A stretch of 64,000 nt of DNA, from contig MFRA01000008.1 in assembly GCA_001783215.1 (NCBI GenBank), positions 33,312-97,311 on the forward strand. Reading direction: 5' to 3'. Below the pieces are notes generated by a model. It was given only the letters and a program-made list of their open reading frames with translations. It had not been told where the DNA came from and ran no database searches. Of the stretch, positions 29,040-39,094 are shown one piece after another. The translations under genes and the position numbers were made by a program. Numbering within the stretch: position 1 is the first letter of the stretch; every line of letters begins with the position of its first letter. The DNA is from Candidatus Magasanikbacteria bacterium RIFOXYD1_FULL_40_23. Its GTDB lineage: Bacteria; Patescibacteriota; Patescibacteriia; Magasanikbacterales; GWA2-37-8.

Positions 29040-29381
29040 ATGAAGTTAATCCTTCGTTGGCTAGTTAGCGCCGTTACATTGATGTTGGTCGCTTATTATA
29101 TCCCAGGCATTGTGGTAGAGAATTTTTATTCAGCCGCCATTGCCGCCCTTATATTAGGCTTAATCAATGCGCTTATCCGCCCACTTCTTATTTTGCTTAC
29201 TTTACCAATTAATATTTTGACTTTGGGTTTGTTTACTTTGGTAATAAACGCCCTTATGTTCTGGCTGGCATCTTCTATTGTAAAAGGCTTTTACGTCGTT
29301 GGTTTTTGGCCAGCTTTTTGGGGCGCCCTTATTATGTGGCTCGCTAGTTGGTTGGTTAGTTCATTATTTAAAAAAGACTAA
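29040..29381 (+). CDS. small 4-TM membrane protein (phage-holin-4-like family)
   Basis: Topology and length; degenerate leader-repeat palindrome gtaggggctaaagccgcatat follows at 29385. Confidence 0.45.
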   Translation: MKLILRWLVSAVTLMLVAYYIPGIVVENFYSAAIAALILGLINALIRPLLILLTLPINILTLGLFTLVINALMFWLASSIVKGFYVVGFWPAFWGALIMWLASWLVSSLFKKD

Positions 29382-29542
29382 CTTGTAGGGGCTAAAGCCG
29401 CATATGAAAAACTATTCGTCTAATAGAGCACAAAAAGGAAAGACTGCCTACCGCACACCCAGTTTGTTTAAAGCAAATAAAGCAATTTTTGTAGCCAATA
29501 AGAAAGCTAGAATAGATAATCCAAAAATTACTAAGAATTTTT

Positions 29543-30226
29543 ATGAGCAAGTTTAAAATAATCTCTATAGGTGGTTCTATTATTATCCCTCCCACAGGTT
29601 TTGATATTGAGTTTTTAAAAAAGCTAAGAGATTTAATTATTACTCGTGTTAAAAAAGGCGAGAAGTTTATTTTGGTAATCGGTGGGGGAGCGACCTGTCG
29701 TAATTACCAAAACGCAGCTAGTCAGGTTGTGCAGATGGGTAGTGTAGATTTGGATTGGCTTGGAATAAAAGCCACTGTGTTTAACGCCGAGTTTGTAAAG
29801 TTTTTGTTTAAGGATTATGCGCATAATCAGATAATTTCTGACCCTACAAAAAAAGTTAAGACCAGTAAGCCAATCGTTTTGGCGGCGGGTTGGAAACCGG
29901 GTTGCTCTACCGACAATGATGCAGTGTTGCTTGCCAAAACTTATGGAGCCAAAGAAGTTATCAATGCCTCAAATATAAATTATGTATATACAGCGGATCC
30001 AAAAAAAGACCCAAGCGCTAAACCGCTTCCAGAATTAACCTGGAAAGAAATGAGAAGTATTATTGGTGATAAGTGGTCGCCGGGGGCCAACTTTCCATTT
30101 GATCCTATTGCTGCCAAGACTGCTCAAAAATTGGGTTTGACTGTAAAGTTTGTAAAAGGTACTGACCTATCTGTTTTAGCAAAGGCTCTAGATGGAGTGA
30201 AATTCGATGGTACAGTTATAAATTAA
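29543..30226 (+). CDS. pyrH: archaeal-type UMP kinase (amino-acid kinase fold)
   Basis: VIGGGATCR glycine loop and VYTADPKKDPSAK motif matching short-form UMP kinases. Confidence 0.65.
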   Translation: MSKFKIISIGGSIIIPPTGFDIEFLKKLRDLIITRVKKGEKFILVIGGGATCRNYQNAASQVVQMGSVDLDWLGIKATVFNAEFVKFLFKDYAHNQIISDPTKKVKTSKPIVLAAGWKPGCSTDNDAVLLAKTYGAKEVINASNINYVYTADPKKDPSAKPLPELTWKEMRSIIGDKWSPGANFPFDPIAAKTAQKLGLTVKFVKGTDLSVLAKALDGVKFDGTVIN

Positions 30227-30243
30227 TAGTGTAATTATTTTGT

Positions 30244-30639
30244 ATGGCTAAAAAATTTGGTGCTCCAGGCAATTTAGAAACGTTTGGATTAAGACAGGAA
30301 GAGACAATGAGTAAGGCAGAAAAAGCAATGGTAACAGAAAAGGCTGTAGAAGCTTTACTCGGAAATGCAGAAGAAAGAGATAGTGCTAAAAAACAAATGG
30401 TTGATTTTTTTGGCACGGATCAAAATAAGCAGGATTTATTAAAGTGGGCCTCAATGGATAGCCATTTTAAAGGCATTGTTTCTTTGTGTGAAAAGTATGC
30501 GGGCAAAGATGATAAATCTGATTTGGTGCGTAATTTATCGGTATTGGGCATTAAAGACCAGGAGGTGTTAGATAATCTTTTTAGTGTTGTTTTCGAAAAT
30601 AAAGAATTAGGTGTGTCAAAACAGAAGATAAAAAAATAA
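30244..30639 (+). CDS. hypothetical soluble protein
   Basis: 131-aa ORF, charged. Confidence 0.4.
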   Translation: MAKKFGAPGNLETFGLRQEETMSKAEKAMVTEKAVEALLGNAEERDSAKKQMVDFFGTDQNKQDLLKWASMDSHFKGIVSLCEKYAGKDDKSDLVRNLSVLGIKDQEVLDNLFSVVFENKELGVSKQKIKK

Positions 30640-30666
30640 CCACCTTATATTATTTAGTAATTAAAA

Positions 30667-30712
30667 AACTCGTCATATGCGCCTTGCGCAATTGCAAGGT
30701 ATATGACGAGTT
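30667..30712. terminator. nested perfect hairpin (aactcgtcatat ... atatgacgagtt with inner ccttgcgcaattgcaagg) at edge of GC-rich insert
   Basis: Read directly; bidirectional terminator-like. Confidence 0.55.
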
Positions 30713-30732
30713 GACGAAAGAGCGTTGTGGTT

Positions 30733-31236
30733 TTAGCGGTCGTTGCGCTGCTGGTGTTGCAGTGCTCCGAGTTTGGCCAAGCGCTTGGTCTGACGACGCT
30801 TGGTCGTGGGGCGGCTCCAGAGCTCGGTATTGCCGCGCTTGACGCCGGCGCGGTGGCCGTGGCGTCCATGCGTGTCGTAGCCCCGGTTCTTGTTCTTGCC
30901 GATGTCCAGCCGGCTCTCCCAGAGCTCGAGGGCTTCGTCGAAGCGGTTGGTTGCTTCAGTGTCGGTGTGGTCTTCGGCCACGTCCCAGAAGCGCTCATCG
31001 TCCTCTTCGGACTGGCGGCGCTGGCTCATGTCCGCGTACGCTCGTCCGAGCAGGTACTCGCCATACTCCGTCCAGGTTTCACCCCAGTTGAAGTTGGTGA
31101 GATGCGTGTGGATCTCCTTCTTGATGGTAGCGCTCAGATACTTCTTGGGCGTTTGCAGTAGGAGCTTGAGCTGGTTGTAGATGCCGTCCCGGAAGGCCTC
31201 CATCTCATCTTCCATTCGGGCACGTAGTGAAAGAGA
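30733..31236 (-). CDS. hypothetical charged protein on second GC-rich foreign insert
   Basis: Coherent - strand ORF; GGAGAAG SD-like before ATG at 31236; ORF track extends to 31338 through AT-rich native DNA, so start uncertain; + strand ORFs 30727..31161 and 30890..31180 are GC artefacts. Confidence 0.5.
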   Translation of the reverse strand, partial: SLSLRARMEDEMEAFRDGIYNQLKLLLQTPKKYLSATIKKEIHTHLTNFNWGETWTEYGEYLLGRAYADMSQRRQSEEDDERFWDVAEDHTDTEATNRFDEALELWESRLDIGKNKNRGYDTHGRHGHRAGVKRGNTELWSRPTTKRRQTKRLAKLGALQHQQRNDR

Positions 31237-31344
31237 CATCTTTCTTCTCCAGCGTTCGTTGTTGGGCGCCAATACAAGCGTGTTGTAATGGGTCATAAAT
31301 CGACTGGTAATAATAGCACAAAATAGGTGTTTTGTCAACAGGTC

Positions 31345-31552
31345 TTGACAGCGGTCTTTAAGCAGTGTATTATGTCTCTAACCATAGACAGCAGGTGTCC
31401 CACTAGGGATCTAATTAGCCAGCTACGCCACAATTCGTGGTTTAAGCCAGGTAGGCCTGCCGAGGTACAAATAAGGGCGCTTAAGCCTGTTCAGGTCGAT
31501 TTGTACTAGTTGTTAGTCTGTGGAATACACAGATTTTTTGTTTTAAAAAAAT
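31345..31552 (+). promoter_or_regulatory. rplJ promoter (TTGACA-17-TATTAT) and structured L10 leader
   Basis: Consensus -35/-10 at 31345-31373; 180-nt GC-richer structured leader typical of L10(L12)4 autoregulation; ORF 31327..31509 inside is spurious. Confidence 0.5.
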
Positions 31553-32077
31553 ATGCCTAAATCAAAACTGCAAAAACAAGAAACAATCAAATCTTTAGAA
31601 GATGGTCTAAAATCAGCCAAAGCGGTAGTATTTGCCAACTTCCAAGGTTTAAAAGTTTCTGAAGCAGAAGAATTACGCCGAGAATGTCGCAAAAACGACA
31701 TCAAAGTAGTAGCTGCCAAAAAGACATTGGTTAAGCGCGCTTGCCAAGAGATGGGTCTAACAGACGTTGATCCAAAAGTTTTCTCTGGTGGCGTGGCTAC
31801 CTTTATGGCGCTAGGTGACGAAGTATCTGCTGCAAGAATTGTAAATAACTTCTCTAAAACTCACGAAATTCTACAAGTGTTTGGTGGTGTTTTGGAAGGT
31901 AAATTTATTTCTGTTGCCATGGTAAAGAGCTTAGCTAACTTGCCAAGCAAACAAGAATTGCTTGCAAAATTGGTTGGTTCTATTAACGCTCCAGTCTCCG
32001 GATTTGTTAATGTACTTGCCGGAAATTTGCGCGGCTTAGTAGGCGTACTAAATAATATCGCCAAGTCAAAAGTTTAA
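31553..32077 (+). CDS. rplJ: 50S ribosomal protein L10
   Basis: L10-like sequence, upstream of rplL. Confidence 0.9.
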   Translation: MPKSKLQKQETIKSLEDGLKSAKAVVFANFQGLKVSEAEELRRECRKNDIKVVAAKKTLVKRACQEMGLTDVDPKVFSGGVATFMALGDEVSAARIVNNFSKTHEILQVFGGVLEGKFISVAMVKSLANLPSKQELLAKLVGSINAPVSGFVNVLAGNLRGLVGVLNNIAKSKV

Positions 32078-32096
32078 TAAAATTAATTTAAGAAAT

Positions 32097-32501
32097 ATGT
32101 CAGAAGAAACTAAAGTTGAAGTTCCTGCCAAGTTCAAAGATTTGGTAGCAGAGATCGAAAAGATGTCCGTACTAGACCTTTCCGAATTGGTAAAGGTTCT
32201 AGAAGAAAAGTTCGGTGTTTCCGCTGCTGCTCCAGCTATGATGATGGCTGCTGCTCCAGCTGCTGGTGGCGCTGCTGCCGCTGAAGAGAAGACTGAATTT
32301 AACGTTGAACTTACCGATGCAGGTGCTAGCAAAATCAATGTTATCAAAGCAGTTAAAGAATTGACTGGCCTAGGATTGGCTGATGCCAAAGCTATCGTAG
32401 ATGGCGCTCCTAAGGTTATCAAAGAGAACGTAAAGAAAGAGGAAGCTGAAACCATGAAGAAAAAGATCGAAGAAGCTGGTGGTAAAGTGACTCTAAAATA
32501 A
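32097..32501 (+). CDS. rplL: 50S ribosomal protein L7/L12
   Basis: Ala-rich hinge and conserved C-terminal domain. Confidence 0.9.
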   Translation: MSEETKVEVPAKFKDLVAEIEKMSVLDLSELVKVLEEKFGVSAAAPAMMMAAAPAAGGAAAAEEKTEFNVELTDAGASKINVIKAVKELTGLGLADAKAIVDGAPKVIKENVKKEEAETMKKKIEEAGGKVTLK

Positions 32502-32510
32502 ATAAAAAAA

Positions 32511-32538
32511 GAAAAGCCCGAAAGGGCTTCTTTTTTTT
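32511..32538 (+). terminator. rho-independent terminator after rplL
   Basis: gaaaagcccgaaagggcttc + T8. Confidence 0.65.
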
Positions 32539-32623
32539 ATTTATTTTAGAGTCATCCTGAGGTTAATGTCGAAGGATCTATCGTCGCCGCTAGGCTCGCT
32601 CGGGATGACAGTTGTTAAAGTTA

Positions 32624-34909
32624 TTACAAATTAATTTGGTATAGTTTGTTGTTGTCTAGTATATAAGCCATGCCTTTTAGTTCATCTACTACCATGCCCA
32701 CAGGTTGGGTAAATTCATCAGCCATAATCTGTGTTTTAAAGCTGCCTGTTTTGTCTAGGACAACTATTCTTTTTTCTGAAGTATCTAAAATATAGATATA
32801 GTTTAAGTCGTTGTATGTCCAGATTTTATCTGCAGATGCAAGAGGTGGCTCAAGATTGGAAACTACGAAATTTTGTTTTTGCCCCTTAGTGAATTTGGAG
32901 ATGCTTCCATCTTTGTTTAGGATAAATACATCTCCGTCTATAGAAATATCGATGCCAGATTTAATATCGCCAACATCTCCTTGTGTCCATTCTCTGCCTG
33001 TAGAGAAGCCGGTTTTTATACTGTCATGTCTGTATATTTTATTGTTTGCCGTGTCCAAAGAATAAAGTTTGCGGTTGTAGACTGCCAAACTTGTAATATT
33101 AATATTTTGGTTAGGGTAGGTGATATCTATTTTTTTCCAAGAATTATCTGTTGGTTGGAATTGAGCAATGTTTTGGTTGTCGTATAGCAATACAACATAG
33201 TCGTTTTCTTTTGGTACGGAAGCTGTTATAAAGTTTTTTATAGATAGGCCGGGTGTGATAACCTGCGATTCTTTTGTTAGCGCGTCGTAAGTTACGATAT
33301 CTGCGTTGGCTGTGCCAAAACCATAAACTTTGTTGTTTAGTAAAAATATATTACTTAGTGGATTGTTTTGAGATAGACTGCTCCAGTCTGCTAATAATTT
33401 AGGAGTGGCTAGGGTGATTTTACGTGCCTTCATTTGCAGGCTGGTAAGTTGTGCTTGTAAATTTTGACAGTTGGATTTTTCTGCTACAGTTTCGCATGGG
33501 AGTTGTTTAATAATTTCTCCGGCTGCTTTTAGGCTGGCCAAGGCTGCGTCTATATCTCCGTACACAAGAGAACTTTCGGCTTCGTCTTCTTTGGTTTGTA
33601 TATCCTGAGCTATCTTGTTGTATGCTTGTATGCGAGCCTGTTTCTTTTGTTGGTTTCGAGCGTAGGCGATTCCGATACTAAACAATAGCGCCAGAATTAT
33701 AGATATAGTAAGTAAAACCTTTGTAATTAGAGGCAGCTGTTTAAGGCTATCTTTGAGGTGCCTCCACCAAGCAGCCCACTCTGTAAGAATGTTGTGGCGT
33801 CTATTTTGATAGTTCGTTGCCACAAAAAATAGTAGCATTAGATTTCTGCCAAGTGAGGATATAATACTGCCAATGAAGAGAAGAAGGATGACAAGTAGTC
33901 TGGCTGTATATTTAAGCGCTCGCCAGGTAAAGGTGAGTATTTTTTTGAATAGTTCTTGGTAGTCTACTCCGGAGGATGTTTTTATTTTTTCGTGTCGAGC
34001 GCGTAGGTGTGAAGATGTTATTTCTGTGTTTGCGCGAAGACCAGTTGGGTTTTCGCCCATCATTTCCGGTTCTTCATCTTCAGCCAAACTGTTATTTAAT
34101 TTTTCTTGGAATTTCGGCAAGAAAGAGGGTGATAGAATGCTGGCAGTATTTTTTTCTGTGCTAAATAAGGTTTTTAGGGACCTGGCCGAGTCACCCTTCT
34201 TTGGGGTAGAAATTTTGGTGGTAGATACGGCTTCCGTTCCTTTTTGTAAGTTAATAATAATGCCACCGAAAGACAGGCTGTTTCTTAATTCTGATAAAGC
34301 TCTTTGTAAGTGTTCGGAACTTTGTCGCGGTGGTCTGGTAGTAATAATCTTTTGTAATCTGTCGTGGTTAAAGTAGTTGATTATGTTTGGTGTTCCGGCA
34401 AAGAAGAAATCGTTTTGGCCTATTTTACCCTGAACAATCTGGGAGAATAGTTGAGCCCCTTCTGCCTGTTCGTTGGATTTATTTTCTTCTACTAAATCCA
34501 TTTTTTTATAAAAGTTATCTTTGGTTTTATAGAATAAAACCATCTGCGGGTGTCCGTAGAAGCTAAAGATAATATCATTTTCGCGAATAGCGCCAACTAT
34601 GCAGTGCAGAGGAGTGTCCGGCTGGATCATGGACATGTTTTCTTGGTTTACCTTGTTTAGCACTATTTCTAGAGCTGACTGAGTTTCTTGGTCTGGGATT
34701 TCGTAGTAGCTATTTTCTATTTCATCTATAATATTTTGCATTTTGGCAATGTATTTTGTATCGCCATTATTTATTTCGCAAATAACAAAAAAGTAGCCTT
34801 TGCTTTTTTCGGCCGAAGTAGATGGTTCGGTAATGTTTAGTAGCACGTGTGATTCTTCGGGGTTATTTCCTTCTACAAAGAATTCGTGCAGATGTAAGGT
34901 TTTATCCAT
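32624..34909 (-). CDS. large membrane protein: cytoplasmic N-domain, TM segments, C-terminal beta-propeller-like repeat domain
   Basis: 761-aa ORF; repeated KLYSLD/NKIYR-type blades at C-terminus. Confidence 0.55.
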   Translation of the reverse strand: MDKTLHLHEFFVEGNNPEESHVLLNITEPSTSAEKSKGYFFVICEINNGDTKYIAKMQNIIDEIENSYYEIPDQETQSALEIVLNKVNQENMSMIQPDTPLHCIVGAIRENDIIFSFYGHPQMVLFYKTKDNFYKKMDLVEENKSNEQAEGAQLFSQIVQGKIGQNDFFFAGTPNIINYFNHDRLQKIITTRPPRQSSEHLQRALSELRNSLSFGGIIINLQKGTEAVSTTKISTPKKGDSARSLKTLFSTEKNTASILSPSFLPKFQEKLNNSLAEDEEPEMMGENPTGLRANTEITSSHLRARHEKIKTSSGVDYQELFKKILTFTWRALKYTARLLVILLLFIGSIISSLGRNLMLLFFVATNYQNRRHNILTEWAAWWRHLKDSLKQLPLITKVLLTISIILALLFSIGIAYARNQQKKQARIQAYNKIAQDIQTKEDEAESSLVYGDIDAALASLKAAGEIIKQLPCETVAEKSNCQNLQAQLTSLQMKARKITLATPKLLADWSSLSQNNPLSNIFLLNNKVYGFGTANADIVTYDALTKESQVITPGLSIKNFITASVPKENDYVVLLYDNQNIAQFQPTDNSWKKIDITYPNQNINITSLAVYNRKLYSLDTANNKIYRHDSIKTGFSTGREWTQGDVGDIKSGIDISIDGDVFILNKDGSISKFTKGQKQNFVVSNLEPPLASADKIWTYNDLNYIYILDTSEKRIVVLDKTGSFKTQIMADEFTQPVGMVVDELKGMAYILDNNKLYQINL

Positions 34910-35030
34910 AGGCTAAGGGTCGATTTTTGACTTTTTCCTCCTTAATAATTATACTACACACCAAAGTAAGGAGTAAAGCTTTCTCCGCTAAGCGGAGCGC
35001 TTCTAGAAACACTATTTTTTTACTAAAAGT

Positions 35031-35633
35031 ATGCTTGAACAACTTTTTGGTTCAAAGACCAGAATTAAACTTTTACACATTTTCTTTCATTCCCCCGAAA
35101 GGCCTTTTTATGTCCGTGAGTTAGCCAGACTTGCAGAGTCTCAACTAAATGCCGTACGACGTGAATTGAGTAATCTAGAAAAAGTTGGCTTGATTATGCC
35201 CACAGTAGTAGATGCAGAGGATGTCTCCGAGGGGACCGGTACAGGACGTTCCAAGTATTATAAATTGGACGCAGGCTGCTTGTTGCATTTTGAGCTTAAA
35301 GCCCTTCTGTTTAAGGCTCAAATATTATACGAACGAGAGCTTATTGAAATTTTAAAGACCAAGGCTGGCAAAGTAAAAATGCTGTTGTTTACAGGCTGTT
35401 TTACCGATGCCAAAAATGCCGAGACAGATATATTGCTTGTAGGAGAAGTCCGTCCTACATTGGTATCCAAGCTGGTGGGAGATTTCGAAAAGAAATTAAA
35501 CAAGTCTTTGCGCTATACTATAATGTCCGAGAAGGAGTTAAACGACCGTAGAGAGATAGGGGACAAGTTTTTGTATAGTATCTTTGAAGGTAAGCATATT
35601 GTGGTTGTAGACGAAATTAATAAAGTGTCATAG
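35031..35633 (+). CDS. winged-HTH transcriptional regulator with uncharacterised C-domain
   Basis: ArsR/MarR-like wHTH (RELARLAESQLNAVRRELSNLEKVGLI). Confidence 0.5.
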   Translation: MLEQLFGSKTRIKLLHIFFHSPERPFYVRELARLAESQLNAVRRELSNLEKVGLIMPTVVDAEDVSEGTGTGRSKYYKLDAGCLLHFELKALLFKAQILYERELIEILKTKAGKVKMLLFTGCFTDAKNAETDILLVGEVRPTLVSKLVGDFEKKLNKSLRYTIMSEKELNDRREIGDKFLYSIFEGKHIVVVDEINKVS

Positions 35634-35639
35634 CTGTCT

Positions 35640-36032
35640 ATGCTTCTAATCATAGACAACACAGAAGATGACAAAACCGTATTGAGTTTTTGGTTAAACA
35701 AAAAATTTGTTCAACAAACTTTCAAGAAGATTCCTTCATCTCGCAACAACGACAGCCTGCTTATCTGTTTGGATAAATTTTTGTCTAAATTAAAAATTTC
35801 TCTCAAAGATATAAAGTGTTTGGGTGTGGTGGTAGGATCAGGTCGGTTTACATCAACCAGGCTGGCCGTGACTATGGCAAACACTTTGGCGTACGGTTTG
35901 CATATTCCGGTTATAAAACTACTCAAAAACTTTGACCAAAATTTGGCTTTAGAAGCTGCTAGAGAATCTGTGGCGGGCAAATACATAATGCCGGAGTATA
36001 GCGCCGAAGCACACATCCAAAATAAAAATTAA
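35640..36032 (+). CDS. tsaB: short TsaB/YeaZ-like protein (N-terminal ASKHA domain only)
   Basis: LLIIDNT...GVVVGSGRFTSTRLAVTMANTLAYGL matches TsaB N-domain. Confidence 0.55.
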   Translation: MLLIIDNTEDDKTVLSFWLNKKFVQQTFKKIPSSRNNDSLLICLDKFLSKLKISLKDIKCLGVVVGSGRFTSTRLAVTMANTLAYGLHIPVIKLLKNFDQNLALEAARESVAGKYIMPEYSAEAHIQNKN

Positions 36033-36035
36033 AGT

Positions 36036-37520
36036 ATGTTTTCCGATTACCACCGTTATCGTTTTTATGAAATTTTACCAGGGCTAACTATTTGGCTCTC
36101 TATTTTTTTAAGTATATTTTTGTCTTTTGTTAGGCCGCTTTGGATGATATATTTTATTTTGGTTTTTGATGTGTACTGGGTACTACGGGTAGTATACTTT
36201 TCTTTTTATTTGTTTTTGTCTTGGAGACGTTTTCGCAAAGCAATAAAACAAAATTGGTTTGAAAAATTAAAGGCAGAATTTCTAAATTGGGAAAAAAGGA
36301 AGAATATTGTTTTCTTGCCTGTCTATAATGAAAGTTGGGAAGTGGTAAAACCAACGCTAGACAGCTTTTTAAATTCCAGCTTTCCGGCTAGCAAAACATA
36401 TTTGGTTGTATCCGGAGAAGAAAGAAAAATAGAGCATTGGCAAGGTATACAAAAACTTATTTTAGAAAACTATTCCGGATTATTTGCCGATATTGTTTTT
36501 TGTACTCATCCGGCTGATTTACAAGATGAAATACCTGGCAAAGGCTCCAATATACACTGGGCGGAATGGGAATTCAAAAAGTATGCAGACGCACGCGGTT
36601 GGGATTATGTAGATATGATTACGTCTGTTTTCGATATAGACACCATTGTGCATCCCGAGTATTTTGCTCATTTGGCTTATTTATACAACAGTCACCCAAG
36701 ACCAGATCGCAGTTCATTTCAACCTCTCACTCTGTATAACAACAATTTGTGGCAATCACCGGCTATCATTCGTATCATGGCGTTTGGTACCAGTTTCTGG
36801 ATGCTTTTTAGTTTAGCTAGATTAGATAGTTTGATTACTTTTTCTTCTCACAGTATGAGCTTCAAGGCTATTATGGATTGTGGCGGCCACAGCAAAGACA
36901 TTGTAAGTGAAGATTCGCGCATTTTTTATCAGTGTTGGCTTAGATATGGAGGAGATTACGAAGTAACCCCTCTTTATATTCCTGTATCAATGGACACTGT
37001 GCGCGATGATTCGTGGTGGCGCAGTCTAAAGAATTTATACTTGCAGCAGCGCCGCTGGGCTTGGGGCACAGAGCATATCCCGTATCTGTTGTGGCAGTTT
37101 CATAAAAACAAAACTATTCCTTGGACAAAAAAAGTGGCCATTCTTTTTCATGAGTGGGAAGGTAAGTGGAGTTGGGCAGTAGTAGCGATTCTAATTACTA
37201 TAGTTGGTCGCCTACCTTTGTGGGTAGCTGGCAACGAAGTAAGGCAGAGTGCTTTATTCTTTAATGCCCCAAATATTTTGGAAGTACTTATGACTCTGGC
37301 AATGCTTGGGCTTCTAGTCTCGGCAGTCATGAGTATGCTAATATTACCTGGAAGACCGGGTACTCATCCGCGACACCATTATTTATTTATGTTGTTGCAG
37401 TGGCTCTTGTTGCCGATTTCACTTATATTTTTCTCATCACTTCCTTGTTTAGATGCTGTTACACATCTAATGTTTGGTAAATACCTTGGCTTTAATGTGT
37501 CAGTTAAAAAAAGAAGCTAA
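36036..37520 (+). CDS. family-2 processive glycosyltransferase (membrane-embedded)
   Basis: QQRRW motif, D-x-D region, multiple TM helices. Confidence 0.7.
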   Translation: MFSDYHRYRFYEILPGLTIWLSIFLSIFLSFVRPLWMIYFILVFDVYWVLRVVYFSFYLFLSWRRFRKAIKQNWFEKLKAEFLNWEKRKNIVFLPVYNESWEVVKPTLDSFLNSSFPASKTYLVVSGEERKIEHWQGIQKLILENYSGLFADIVFCTHPADLQDEIPGKGSNIHWAEWEFKKYADARGWDYVDMITSVFDIDTIVHPEYFAHLAYLYNSHPRPDRSSFQPLTLYNNNLWQSPAIIRIMAFGTSFWMLFSLARLDSLITFSSHSMSFKAIMDCGGHSKDIVSEDSRIFYQCWLRYGGDYEVTPLYIPVSMDTVRDDSWWRSLKNLYLQQRRWAWGTEHIPYLLWQFHKNKTIPWTKKVAILFHEWEGKWSWAVVAILITIVGRLPLWVAGNEVRQSALFFNAPNILEVLMTLAMLGLLVSAVMSMLILPGRPGTHPRHHYLFMLLQWLLLPISLIFFSSLPCLDAVTHLMFGKYLGFNVSVKKRS

Positions 37521-37574
37521 TTAATTAAGCGTCGTGTTTCAAAGGACGTTACACGACGTGATTTCGTTAAATCA

Positions 37575-39005
37575 ATGCGTAAATATATTTTTATTTTTTT
37601 AGTAACTGTTTTTGGGGTGGGCGCCCTGCTTTTTTGGAAATGGTCCAAAGCCGAAGGTGGATTAAAATCCGTCGTTGTGCAAAAAGTAGTCGAGAAGATT
37701 GCTTCTAATCAAGTTAGTGACGGTGTAATTTCTAAACTGTTGGGCTTTGAAACGCCAGCCACTTATTTGATTTTATTTTTAAACAATACCGAGATTCGTC
37801 CGGGCGGGGGTTTTATCGGCGCCTATAGCGTGGTGCGAATGGACAAAGGCATTCCTCAAATTTTAAAAGTAGAAGGTACCGAAATATTAGACAATTTAAG
37901 TATTCAAGATTTTGAATCTGTTCCACCCGAACCATTGCAAAAATATTTATTTATAAAACGATGGAATTTCCGCGACAGTAATTGGTCGCCAGATTTTGCT
38001 GTTTCATCCGCCAAGTCTTTGGATTTGTTCAAAAAAGAAAGAGGCGTGGCAGCAAACGAGATTACGGGAGTTATCGGCATTACTCCAACTTTACTGGAAG
38101 AAATATTAAAGATAAGCGGTCCGATTACGGTAAATGGCCAAGAATTTAACGCCAGTAACTTTACCGAAAAATTAGAATACGAAGTAGAATTTGGTTTTGC
38201 TGAAAAAGGTTTGGATTTTGATGAGCGTAAGAAAATCCTGTCCGATATGAGCCATGCATTTATGGCTCGTCTGCGCGCAGATGCCTTCAAGCACTGGTCT
38301 AGTTATTTTGCTTTGGTGCAAAGACTATTATCAGAAAAACATATTTTGGCATACTCTACCAATCCGGAAGTGCAGAAAATTTTGTTAGCAAAAGATTGGG
38401 CGGGAGAAATGAAAAACCCGTCGGGCGATTTCTTGCTTTGGGTAGATGCCAATATGGCTGCACTCAAAACAGACAAAGTAATGGAAAGAGAATTGGTTTA
38501 TTCTTTTGCCCCCACAAGCAGTGATAAATATATGGCTACTGCCAAAATGAAATATGCCAATAAAGGAAGCTTTACAAAATTTACCAGTCGTTATCGTACC
38601 TATGCGCGTGTTTATGTGCCGCAAGGCAGTCAGTTTATTTCTGTGGTTGGAAGTATGAAGGCAGATCGCTCTGCCGAACCTGGCTTGGTAGATCAAGGAG
38701 TAGAAAATGGCAGACAGTGGTTTGGAACATTTATTTCTATTGAGCCGGGCAAAACTGGCGAGCTTGTCTGGCAGTTTTATTTGGCTCCATCGGTTGTAGA
38801 TAATATAAAAAATAATAATTATAATTTACTTGTACAAAAACAGTTGGGAACTATTGCCGATAAATTGACGCTAGACCTTAATTTTGGTAAAAATACTGTA
38901 GAAACTACACCGAACGAAACATTGGACGATGTGTTTAATCAAAAATATATTTATAAAACAGATTTAACGGTTGATAGGGCTGTAGAGGTAAAATTGACTA
39001 ACTAA
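37575..39005 (+). CDS. DUF4012-like membrane-anchored extracytoplasmic protein
   Basis: N-terminal TM; YLILFLNNTEIRPGGGFIGAY resembles DUF4012 signature; next to GT2. Confidence 0.5.
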   Translation: MRKYIFIFLVTVFGVGALLFWKWSKAEGGLKSVVVQKVVEKIASNQVSDGVISKLLGFETPATYLILFLNNTEIRPGGGFIGAYSVVRMDKGIPQILKVEGTEILDNLSIQDFESVPPEPLQKYLFIKRWNFRDSNWSPDFAVSSAKSLDLFKKERGVAANEITGVIGITPTLLEEILKISGPITVNGQEFNASNFTEKLEYEVEFGFAEKGLDFDERKKILSDMSHAFMARLRADAFKHWSSYFALVQRLLSEKHILAYSTNPEVQKILLAKDWAGEMKNPSGDFLLWVDANMAALKTDKVMERELVYSFAPTSSDKYMATAKMKYANKGSFTKFTSRYRTYARVYVPQGSQFISVVGSMKADRSAEPGLVDQGVENGRQWFGTFISIEPGKTGELVWQFYLAPSVVDNIKNNNYNLLVQKQLGTIADKLTLDLNFGKNTVETTPNETLDDVFNQKYIYKTDLTVDRAVEVKLTN

Positions 39006-39018
39006 TATTCAGTATGTT

Positions 39019-39094
39019 TATAGGGGCTAAAGCCGCATATAAACACACTTCGCTCGAAAATATTTTAGCAAGCTAAATATTTTGCTCACTCAGT
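39019..39094 (+). repeat. leader-repeat family copy 6 (abuts mreB ATG)
   Basis: tataggggctaaagccgcatataaac..cttcgctcg + hairpin + ctcactcagt then ATG. Confidence 0.7.
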
